From: Takakia lepidozioides
Lineage: Eukaryota; Plantae; Bryophyta
Direction: 5' to 3'
Assembly: GCA_030704615.1 (NCBI GenBank)
Contig: CM060733.1
Coordinates: forward strand, 49,910,001-49,974,000
DNA: 64,000 bases
Position 1 is the stretch's first letter, and every line of letters starts with the position of its first letter. This document shows positions 1-11,242 of this stretch, in pieces. Position numbers and translations under genes: made by a program. The notes under the pieces were generated by a model. That model had not been told where the DNA came from. It worked only from the letters and a program-made list of their open reading frames with translations, and searched no databases.

Positions 1-70
1 TCCTACCACTTGGGGGCAGCCCCTCCGCCCAAATTGGGCAGTCGTATGCTCTGTCTAGCATACTCGGCAC

Positions 71-3000
71 TTGGGCTCGGGTTGGTTCCTGTGCTTACAC
101 TTATGGCCTGCGAAAACAATCAAAAATTTAGCTCCTATCAACATCAACACTCCTCAGGGTGATCCCTGGGAATTGGTTACTTATGCCAAATCTAGGGCTT
201 CATGTGTAGTTTTTGGGGTGAATCCCAGGATGGACGATGTGTCCTTTAAAACTACATGCTCTAGCTTAGGCTTGGATTTCATGGCTAATGGTACCATCTC
301 GAGACTTGATAACAGGGGTACGTTGAAGGTTGCAATGACCAAAAGTGCTTCTAATAGAGTCCCGCATCAATTCAATCTCAAAGAAGTTCGTCCCTTGACT
401 GGCTGGAGAGCGGTCTTAGACATTGGTGATTCAATGGGGCGCTCTAGGAAGACAACCAAGGGCAACAACTTCAACTTGAGAGTTTCTAATCGGTTTGATG
501 CTCTGGATGAGGTTGAATCCAAACAGCCAGAAGGACAAGATGCCCCTAAGTGTACGGAACCTGAACGTCCTGAATCTGAAGGATTTGGTACTCTGAATGG
601 TTTACCAATCCTCAAGGTTTACACAAGACGAACAAATTCTATACACGGGGTAATTGTCCCCAAGCCGTCAGATGGACAATCTGTCCCTAAGTGTGCAGAG
701 CCTGAACGTCGTGTAACTGAAGGATTTGGTACTCTAAATGGTTTACCAATCCTCAAAGTCTACACAAGACGAGCAAAATCTATACACGGGGTAATTGTCC
801 CCAAGCAGTCTGACGGACAATCTGCCCCTATGTGTGCGGAGCCTGTGCGTCGTGTAACTGAAAGATTTGGTACCCTGAATGGTTTACCAATTCTCAAAGT
901 TTACACAAGACGAGCAAAATCTACACATGGGGTAACTGTCCCCCCTTTGCAGAACGGTTGGCCGTCCAGGAGCAATCACAAGCTACCTAGACGACAAACA
1001 ATTCACACGCAAAGGGCTGGCTTGCGGCTGGCCACTTTCAACTTCTCAGGGTTGACCAACCAAAGGAAACAACTTGAAGTGGGACAAGTTCTTCGGACTA
1101 ATGATATTCATATCTGTGCTGGGCAAGAAACATGGGAATCGTCGGATAAACTGGTTGGAGATGTCATTGGTTATAAATGGGCAGGTAAGATGTGTACTCT
1201 CAAGGCAGCCTCTGCCAAACGCGGTCAAAAAGGGGTCGGATTCTTTGTCCGTGATTTCTTGTTTGACAATTGTGAAATTATCAACAAGGGTTTGAGGTAC
1301 GAGCATAGTATCTGGCTAAAACTGAATTTGAAGGGCGGCATGAGTACAAAGGACCTCTTTGTTGGTTGTGTTTACATGCCCACAGAGGGGACCCTTAGTG
1401 CTGACGCAGACAAGGCCTTCGAAGATGTAAAGCTGGACTGTGCTTCGTTCCTTGCCAAAGGTCAGGTGGTACTATTGGGGGACTTCAATGCCCGGGTGGG
1501 CAAAGGGATCCATCAGGACGATATCATTGGACCTTTTGGTGAGGACGAGCTGAATTCTAATGGCAGACGGTTAATTAACTGTCTAGAAGAGCTTCAGCTT
1601 TTGACCTTGAATAACAGGACAAGAGGTGACCAAGTGCAGTGGACTCGTGAGAAACCCCAAACTGGGGAACGTTCCATTGTGGACTATATCATAATGGACA
1701 AAATTTTGTTCCCCCAGTGTGCCAATGTGTTGATCGACAGAACTGATATTGGTACCTCTGACCACTTCCTGGTTTGGACTGAGATCAAAAGGTGTTTTCC
1801 CACCACCAAGAGATCTGTGAAACGTTCGATTCGGAAGTGGCGCATAGAAAAATTCCACAATGAGGAGGTCAAGGCTGAGTACGTCCAGGCCTTGCAAGAG
1901 GCTCTCCCTCATTTTGTCCAATCGCTCCAAGAACTTCAGTCACGCTCTGTTAACGCAAGAAATGAAGTCGAAAGAGCAGTGGACTCTTGGGAGAGTTTCG
2001 TTTCCTCCGTGGCTGACAAGATCATTGGGAGGAAACTAATTGTCTGCGGTAGAGCAGTTAATTGGTGGACTAATGAGATTAAACTCAAGATAGCTGAGAG
2101 ACGAGCCCTCTATAAAGAGTGCTGCAATTTGGAAACCAACAGAGAATTGTGGGCGAGGTACTACCAGCTCCGTAAAGATATCAATCAGCTTGTTAGGTCT
2201 CAGAAGAAATTATACTGGGACAAGTTATACAGTGAAATAAACTCAAACCACCATGGTGGTAATGACAAGAAATTCTGGTTGGCCCTTCAACGTTTGTACA
2301 AACCGAAAAACGGTCAGCAAGTACAAGCGCTGAAGACTACTAAAGGTGCAGTGGTGACTTCATCGGTTGACATTGTCAAAACCTTTGAAACTCACTACAG
2401 TATCCTTGGCAGAACTTCTAGGTCTAACAGTGAGGGGTCTTCTGCTGAATGGAGGGACACAGTTGGAAAAACTGTTCCTATGATTCAAAACAGCCCTGAT
2501 GAACTGGAGTATATTTCAATGGCTTATAATGCTCCCATTAGTTCTTCTGAGATTGTGGAAGCAATTGAACATTTAAATGGATATAAAGCTGGTGGACCTG
2601 ATGGTATTGTCAACGAGCTTATCAAGCACGGTGGCGATCCCATGATAGAGGCCCTAGTTCTCCTCTTTAACCTTATCTGGAAGACTGAAATGATCCCCTT
2701 TCGCTGGCGACAGGGGGTCATTGTCAATCTATACAAGAAGGGTGACAGAGAAGAACCGGGGAACTACCGTGGCATCACGCTCCTCAATGCTGTTGGCAAG
2801 ACATTCTGCAGAGTTATAAGTACTCGTCTCGAGGTTGATCTGGAGTCTAGAGGTTGTTTCCACGAAGGCCAAGCTGGCTTTCGGCGAAACAGGGGCTGTG
2901 TGGATCATATCTTCACTCTAAGCCAGATTATCCAGGGAAGGAAAAAAGAAGGGAAACCCACTTATGTCTTTTTCCTGGATGTCAAAAAGGCTTATGACAC

Positions 3001-4690
3001 AGTGTGGAGAGATGGCCTATGGTTCCGCCTCTGGTCTTGTGGGATCAAGGGAAAGATGTGGAGAGTTGTCCACAACTTGTATGCTCACACCAAAAGCTGT
3101 GTCACTGTTAACGGACAGAAGTCCAACTTCTTTGACATAGACCAAGGTGTAGCTCAAGGATGTACTCTCTCCCCTCTGCTCTTCAATGTTTTCATCAATC
3201 AACTCCTCGAGGATGTGGAAAGTGAGGGATTTGGGTTAAGGGTGGGTGATACCACCATACCAGCCCTTATGTTTGCGGATGACTTCGCAGGCATAGGGGA
3301 GACTCCAACCAATCTCCAGGAGTTGATTGATTGCGCGAAGAGATACTTTGATCTTTGGGGGCTAGAGGCTAATGTCAGCAAATGTGCAGTGGTAGCATTC
3401 AACGACAGAGGAGAGGGAGAAAGTGATCTTAAGTGGCAGTGGGGTAGCCAAGAGATCCCGGTCCTCCCTTCCTACACTTACCTGGGCGTTGAGTTCTCCT
3501 CCAATTGTAATTGGGATGCACATATCCGTTCAAACTGGCAAGGGCAAAGCTCTGGGGCTCACTAAATTTTTCCACTGCAGAGGGGTCAACTCTGAGGTTA
3601 GGAAAACCATGCTTTGTCGCGTTATTAGACCTGCCTTGGAGTACGGATCTGCTATATGGGTTGATAACTCCAACCAGGCTAAGTCTCTAGAATCCATTCA
3701 AGTGGGGGTGCTTAAGGAGTGTATGTCAGCATGCTCCAAAACAGCCAATGTGGCTGTTCGGGGTGAGTTTGGCATTCCGTCCTTAAGCTCCCGACGAGAT
3801 GAATTCAAGGTCAGATGGTGGGTCAGCTGCAACATATGCCCAACACCAGATATCCTAAGTTAATCGACTCTATATCTTGGAAACAGGACCGCCCTGTCAA
3901 ACAGGCTAAGTCCTGGCAGAAGAGAGTAGAAGAGATCCTCAAGGACCTGGACCTGGATCCGCAAGTCTTGACCCTGCTGGATAAATCTGACTTAGAGGCT
4001 GTAGTGTCCTCAGCCATGTCTGTTGCCATGAGATTGTCTGATGAAAATGAAGTTAGGCAGAAAACTTCCCTGAACTTGTTTCCAGTCTGTGACATGGGGG
4101 AGGACATCTTGGATGACCTCAAGGGTCTACCCACTCTCGGCACTAGACTAGAATTTAAACTCAGGGCAGGAAGCCTACCTTTGAACAGCAAACAGAAGCA
4201 GAGAGGAAAGGGAGAGTGCAATTGCCCGTTGTGTGGGCAATCTGAAGACAGTATTCATTTTCTGATACACTGTCCCGGGTTCTCTCACCAAAGAGACGCT
4301 CTCTTCAAATCTATTAAGGGAATTGTGCCTGTACCCCTGTTTACCAACTTTGAAAGTCTCGAGGCTGAGCCAAAAGCCCAGGCCCTCCTGAGGCCTAGTT
4401 TTTGGGCAAATCACACACAGCAGATTGATGCTTGTGTGAAGGGATTTCTAGAGGATATCTGGAAAACCCGGATTAATTCTTTATATGGAGGTAAGTCTTA
4501 CTACCAACGTCAGCCCCTGACAGAGGTAGGTTCTGTCCCTTTTGTTCCCGCTCAAACTGGGCGCGGGGTCAATGGCCACAAGGCTACGGCAAACAACGTC
4601 TTATGAGTACAATCTATTGTTTTTTTCCCATTTTGTCCCATAAGCTCTTTGAGCTTTCCACGGACGTTATAAAGTACTATTTCATTTCAT
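71..4690 (+). mobile_element. Non-LTR retrotransposon (LINE) with apurinic endonuclease, RT and C-terminal zinc finger; frameshifted
   Basis: ORF 71-3565 has EN motifs (ATFNFSG, GQETW, VLLGDFNA, SIVDYI, SDHF) and RT motifs (PGNYRGITLL, QAGFR, FFLDVKKAYD, GVAQG..LSPLLF, FADD, YLG). It continues through two frameshifts (~3530, ~3830) into 3423-3863 and 3815-4606 (CPLC..EDSIHFLIHC). The 3' end has an (ATTTC)n tail at ~4679-4693. Confidence 0.93.
530..940 (+). repeat. 3 x 141-bp (47-aa) in-frame tandem repeat in the LINE N-terminal extension
   Basis: tg(c/t)ccct units start at 541, 682 and 823; the peptide PKCxEPxRxxxEGFGTLNGLPILKVYTRR occurs three times. Confidence 0.9.
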
Positions 4691-5375
4691 TTCCCCAAAC
4701 GTTATGAAGCACCATTTCATTTCTTAGAGATTCCTGCGGACATTATAAAGTACAATTTCATTTCTTTCTTTTATGTTGCTAAAGGCTAGAAGGGGGTTTC
4801 CAAACCTGTCAAGATTAATTAGGCTCACATGAAAGCGACCAAGCTCAAGCACTTTTGGCTACCTTATAGTTAGTTAACCCTGTCCAATCTGTGGAGATTC
4901 CCTTTCCTGAGTTCGGGAAGCTGGAACAATGAGAAAGTTGTGCTCATCCTTGGGGTACGAATTCTGGGTATAAATTCATGCTATGGGTAAATGGTTCTCT
5001 TGATTAGAATACAAAAGGCCAGGAGTAGCTTCATCTCTAAAGGTAAGGCATACAATAGGAGATGGTCAGGCCCTATTTTCTCTCCACCCATTCACCTCCC
5101 CACTTTCCTCCTCTTTCTACTTCCATGCAAACCAGGCCAGGTCAGTGGGCACAAGCCTCCAACAAGTTTGGACAACTCCCCCTACTATAGTGCCTCTCTG
5201 ACAATGGTAATATCGATCTTACTGCTTTTGTCCTCCGATCTTCCTTTTCCATCCCATATTTTGCTTCTTCAACACTACAGGCAGGGCTTACAAATGGAAG
5301 GTTCCAGCACACAGTCTGCTCCCAAGGTCATGTAACCATTTTTGACAAGGTATGAGTAGGTGTATGTCCAAATAC

Positions 5376-5586
5376 CGAGCAAAGCTTGAAAAAGACTCTT
5401 GTTTTGCAGGTACTCATAGACCAGCAGTCGGTGGTGCCCTTCCAAGCAGCAGCCTCGGAGCTTCACAAGGTTTCGATGGTTAACGCTACTGATAATCACC
5501 ACCTCACTTACAAACTCTTTCTTTCCTTGCCGTGAATTCAGGGAAAGTTTCTTCACTGCCACTTCTGACCTGTCCAATAATTTCCC
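5376..5586 (-). pseudogene. Orphan 211-bp exon of a receptor-like protein kinase (subdomains II-V)
   Basis: GKLLDRSEVAVKKLS...EFVSEVVIISSVNHRNLVKLRGCCLEG..RLLVYEY..NKSL, bounded by ttacAG and GTattt. The 211-nt length matches the conserved exon of DUF26/SD/LRR-VIII-type RLKs. No neighbouring exons were recognised in this window. Confidence 0.8.
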
Positions 5587-5737
5587 CTGTAACAGGTGAA
5601 CATGGGACTTTTCAATAACCACTATACAGTCAGAGTAACTTTAAGCAAATGCAGCTAAAGACACTGACAATAATGTATGACAGTCAACATAGGATGCTAT
5701 AACTGTACAAATTGTCTTACTTTCTTACCACAAGCCT

Positions 5738-8700
5738 AAATGAACCCTTTACTGCCAGCTCAGACAGTGTGCGGCAACGCACACTGTTTGAGCTGAACAC
5801 TTCAATGTTTCAGGGTGCAAAATTTGGACTTCAGGGGCACCTGTGTGAGGGTAAAATGAACCCTTCACTGCCAGCTCAGACAGTGTGCGGCAACGCACAC
5901 TGTTTGAGCTGAGCATTGCAATGTTTCTTGGTGCAAAATTTGGACTTCAGGGGCCCCCGTGTGAGGGTGAAATGAACCCTTCACTGCCAGCTCAGACAGT
6001 GTGCGGCAACGCACACTGTTTGAGCTGAACACTTCAATGTTTCAGGGTGCAAAATTTGGACTTCAGGGGCACCTCTTAGAGGATGAGATGAACCCTTCAC
6101 TGTCAGCCCAAACAGCGTGCGGCAACGCACACTGTTTGAGCTGAGCATTTCAATGTTTCTGGGTGCAAAATGTGGACTTCAAGGGCACCTGTGTAAGGGT
6201 GAAATGAACCCTTCACTGCCAGCTCAGACAGTGTGCGGCAACGCACACTGTTTGAGCTGAGCATTTCAATGTTTCTGGGTGCAAAATTTGGACTTCAGGG
6301 GCACCCGTGTGAGGATGAAATGAACCCTTCACTGCCAGCTCAGACAGTGTGCGGCAACGCACACTGTTTGAGCTGAGCATTTCAATGTTTCTGGGTGCAA
6401 AATTTGGACTTCAGGGGCACCGGTGTGAGGGTGAAATGAACCCTTCACTGCCAGCTCAGACAGTGTGCGGCAACGCACACTGTTTGAGCTGAGCATTGCA
6501 ATGTTTCTGGGTGCAAAATTTGGACTTCAGGGGCCCCCGTGTGAGGGTGAAATGAACCCTTCACTGCCAGCTCAGACAGTGTGCGGCAACGCACACTGTT
6601 TGAGCTGAACACTTCAATGTTTCAGGGTGCAAAATTTGGAGTTCAGGGACACCTCTTAGAGGATGAGATGAACCCTTCACTGTCAGCCCAAACAGCGTGC
6701 GGCAACGCACACTGTTTGAGCTGAGCATTTCAATGTTTCTGGGTGCAAAATGTGGACTTCAGGGGCACCTGTGTGAGGGTGAAATGAACCCTTCACTGCC
6801 AGCTCAGACAGTGTGCGGCAACGCACACTGTTTGAGCTGAGCATTTCAATGTTTCTGGGTGCAAAATTTGGACTTCAGGGGCACCCGTGTGAGGGTGAAA
6901 TGAACCCTTCACTGCCAGCTCAGACAGTGTGCGGCAACGCACACTGTTTGAGCTGAGCATTTCAATGTTTCTGGGTGCAAAATTTGGACTTCAGGGGCAC
7001 CTGTGTGAGGGTGAAATGAACCCTTCACTGCCGGCTCAGACAGTGTGCGGCAACGCACACTGTTTGAGCTGAGCATTGCAATGTTTCTGGGTGCAAAATT
7101 TGGACTTCAGGGGCCCCCGTGTGAGGGTGAAATGAACCCTTCACTGCCGCCTCAGACAGTGTGCGGCAACGCACACTGTTTGAGCTGAACACTTCAATGT
7201 TTCAGGGTGCAAAATTTGGACTTCAGGGGCACCTCTTAGAGGATGAGATGAACCCTTCACTGTCAGCCCAAACAGCGTGCGGCAACGCACCCTGTTTGAG
7301 CTGAGCATTTCAATGTTTCTGGGTGCAAAATGTGGACTTCAGGGGCACCTGTGTAAGGGTGAAATGAACCCTTCACTGCCAGCTCAGACAGTGTGCGGCA
7401 ACACACACTGTTTGAGCTGAGCATTTCAATGTTTCTGGGTGCAAAATTTGGTCTTTGCTGTCTGATATCTGAGGTTGAAATGAACCCTTCAAAACCAGCT
7501 CAAACAGCGTGCGGCAACGCACACTGTTTGAGCAGACCTTTTCAATGTTTTAGGGTTCAAAATTTGGTCTTGATGTCTGTTATGTTAGTATGAAATGAAC
7601 CCTTCACTGCCAGCTCAGACAGTGTGCGGCAACGCACACTGTTTGAGCTGAGCATTGCAATGTTTCTGGGTGCAAAATTTGGACTTCAAGGGCCCCCGTG
7701 TGAGGGTGAAATGAACCCTTCACTGCCAGCTCAGACAGTGTGCGGCAACGCACACTGTTTGAGCTGAACACTTCAATGTTTCAAGGTGCAAAATTTGGAC
7801 TTCAGGGGCACCTCTTAGAGGATGAGATGAACCCTTCACTGTCAGCCCAAACAGCGTGCGGCAACGCACACTGTTTGAGCTGAGCATTTCAATGTTTCTG
7901 GGTGCAAAATGTGGACTTCAGGGGCACCTGTGTGAGGGTGAAATGAACCCTTCACTGCCAGCTCAGACAGTGTGCGGCAACGCACACTGTTTGAGCTGAG
8001 CATTTCAATGTTTCTGGATGCAAAATTTGGTCTTTGTTGTCTGTTATCTGAGGCTGAAATGAACCCTTCAAAACCAGCTCAAACAGCGTGCGGCAACGCA
8101 CACTGTTTGAGCAGACCTTTTCAATGTTTTAGGGTTCAAAATTTGGTCTTGATGTCTGTTATGTTAGTGTGAAATGAACCCTTCACTGCCAGCTCAGACA
8201 GTGTGCGGCAACGCACACTGTTTGAGCTGAGCATTGCAATGTTTCTGGGTGCAAAATTTGGACTTCAGGGGCCCCCGTGTGAGGGTGAAATGAACCCTTC
8301 ACTGCCAGCTCAGACAGTGTGCGGCAACGCACACTGTTTGAGCTGAACATTTCAATGTTTAAGGGTGCAAAATTTGGTCTTGATGTCTGTTATGTTAGTG
8401 TGAAATGAACCCTTCACTGCCAGCTCAGACAGTGTGCGGCAACGCACACTGTTTGAGCTGAGCATTGCAATGTTTCTGGGTGCAAAATTTGGACTTCAGG
8501 GGGCCCCGTGTGAGGGTGAAATGAACCCTTCACTGCCAGCTCAGACAGTGTGCGGCAACGCACACTGTTTGAGCTGAACATTTCAATGTTTAAGGGTGCA
8601 AAATTTGGTCTTGATGTCTGTTATGTTAGTGTGAAATGAACCCTTCACTGCCAGCTCAGACAGTGTGCGGCAACGCACACTGTTTTAGCTGAGCATTGTA

Positions 8701-11010
8701 ATGTTTCTGGGTGCAAAATTTGGACTCCAGGGGCCCCCGTGTGAGGGTGAAATGAACCCTTCACTGCCAGCTCAGACAGTGTGCGGCAACGCACACTGTT
8801 TGAGCTGAACATTTCAATGTTTCTGGGTGCAAAATTTGGACTTCAGGGGCCCCCGTGTGAGGGTGAAATGAACCCTTCACTGCCAGCTCAGACAGTGTGC
8901 GGCAACGCACACTGTTTGAGCTGAGCATTGCAATGTTTCTGGGTGCAAAATTTGGTCTTCAGGGGCCCCCGTGTGAGGGTGAAATGAACCCTTCACTGCC
9001 AGCTCAGACAGTGTGCGGCAACGCACACTGTTTGAGCTGAGTATTTCAATGTTTCTGGGTGCAAAATTTGGACTTCAGGGGCACCCGTGTGAGGGTGAAA
9101 TGAACCCTTCACTGCCAGCTCAGACAGTGTGCGGCAACGCACACTGTTTGAGCTGAGCATTTCAATGTTTCTGGGTGCAAAATTTGGACTTCAGGGGCCC
9201 CCGTGTGAGGGTGAAATGAACCCTTCACTGCCAGCTCAGACAGTGTGCGGCAACGCACACTGTTTGAGCTGAACACTTCAATGTTTCAAGGTGCAAAATT
9301 TGGACTTCAGGGGCACCTCTTAGAGGATGAGATGAACCCTTCACTGTCAGCCCAAACAGCGTGCGGCAACGCACACTGTTTGAGCTGAGCATTTCAATGT
9401 TTCTGGGTGCAAAATGTGGACTTCAGGGGCACCTGTGTGAGGGTGAAATGAACCCTTCACTGCCAGCTCAGACAGTGTGCGGCAACGCACACTGTTTGAG
9501 CTGAGCATTTCAATGTTTCTGGATGCAAAATTTGGTCTTTGTTGTCTGTTATCTGAGGCTGAAATGAACCCTTCAAAACCAGCTCAAACAGCGTGCGGCA
9601 ACGCACACTGTTTGAGCAGACCTTTTCAATGTTTTAGGGTTCAAAATTTGGTCTTGATGTCTGTTATGTTAGTGTGAAATGAACCCTTCACTGCCAGCTC
9701 AGACAGTGTGCGGCAACGCACACTGTTTGAGCTGAGCATTGCAATGTTTCTGGGTGCAAAATTTGGACTTCAGGGGCCCCCGTGTGAGGGTGAAATGAAC
9801 CCTTCACTGCCAGCTAAGACAGTGTGCGGCAACGCACACTGTTTGAGCTGAACATTTCAATGTTTAAGGGTGCAAAATTTGGTCTTGATGTCTGTTATGT
9901 TAGTGTGAAATGAACCCTTCACTGCCAGCTCAGACAGTGTGCGGCAACGCACACTGTTTGAGCTGAGCATTGCAATGTTTCTGGGTGCAAAATTTGGACT
10001 TCAGGGGCCCCCGTGTGAGGGTGAAATGAACCCTTCACTGCCAGCTCAGACAGTGTGCGGCAACGCACACTGTTTGAGCTGAACATTTCAATGTTTAAGG
10101 GTGCAAAATTTGGTCTTGATGTCTGTTATGTTAGTGTGAAATGAACCCTTCACTGCCAGCTCAGACAGTGTGCGGCAACGCACACTGTTTTAGCTGAGCA
10201 TTGTAATGTTTCTGGGTGCAAAATTTGGACTCCAGGGGCCCCCGTGTGAGGGTGAAATGAACCCTTCACTGCCAGCTCAGACAGTGTGCGGCAACGCACA
10301 CTGTTTGAGCTGAACATTTCAATGTTTCTGGGTGCAAAATTTGGACTTCAGGGGCCCCCGTGTGAGGGTGAAATGAACCCTTCACTGCCAGCTCAGACAG
10401 TGTGCGGCAACGCACACTGTTTGAGCTGAGCATTGCAATGTTTCTGGGTGCAAAATTTGGTCTTCAGGGGCCCCCGTGTGAGGGTGAAATGAACCCTTCA
10501 CTGCCAGCTCAGACAGTGTGCGGCAACGCACACTGTTTGAGCTGAGCATTGTAATGTTTCTGGGTGCAAAATTTGGAGTTCAGGGGCACCCGTGTGAGGG
10601 TGAAATGAACCCTTCACTGCCAGCTCAGACAGTGTGCGGCAACGCACACTGTTTGAGCTGAGCATTTCAATGTTTCTGGGTGCAAAATTTGGACTTCAGG
10701 GGCCCCCGTGTGAGGGTGAAATGAACCCTTCACTGCCAGCTCAGACAGTGTGCGGCAACGCACACTGTTTGAGCTGAACATTTCAATGTTTAAGGGTGCA
10801 AAATTTGGTCTTGATGTCTGTTATGTTAGTGTGAAATGAACCCTTCACTGCCAGCTCAGACAGTGTGCGGCAACGCACACTGTTTGAGCTGAGCATTGTA
10901 ATGTTTCTGGGTGCAAAATTTGGACTTCAGGGGCACATTTCTGAGTATAAAATGAACCCTTCACTGTCAGCTCAAACAGTCTGCGGAACCGCACACTGTT
11001 TAGGCAGAAC
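5738..11010. repeat. Tandem array of ~46 x 116-bp units with an internal 18-bp-stem dyad and higher-order structure
   Basis: The ccct(t)cactg anchor recurs at 5745, 5861, 5977, 6093 ... 10957 (45 intervals, 8 of them 115 bp). Each unit contains cagctcagacagtgtgcg-gcaa-cgcacactgtttgagctg. A degenerate remnant extends to ~11150. Confidence 0.97.
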
Positions 11011-11242
11011 ATATGAATATGGAAGGGCGCAACTTTCGGCCCTCATGGGCAGATATTTGAGCAGAACTTTTCAATGTTCTTTCCCTGTGAAAATCGGGAA
11101 CATAGTGCAGGTCCGTGAGGATCAATGAACACTTACCTGGCAGCTCAAAGAACACTTCCCTTTTTATCCCACTTTTTCATGCATCGGTCGACGTTTCATT
11201 CCTCTCTTATAAGAATTTGAGTGAACAACCTTGCAGGAGAAA

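Noticed and set aside
5712-9677. 66-aa ORFs at 5712, 7393, 7972 and 9477
   Set aside because: These are by-products of the repeat unit with non-ATG starts; 116 bp is not a multiple of 3.
5738-11010. CRISPR array (palindromic repeat plus variable segment)
   Set aside because: The variable part has only a few recurring alleles rather than unique spacers, the constant part is ~90 bp, no cas genes are present, and the context is eukaryotic.
5738-11010. 5S rDNA, tRNA or snRNA tandem array
   Set aside because: The unit length is near 5S size, but no 5S sequence, Pol III A/C boxes, cloverleaf or intergenic spacer is recognisable.
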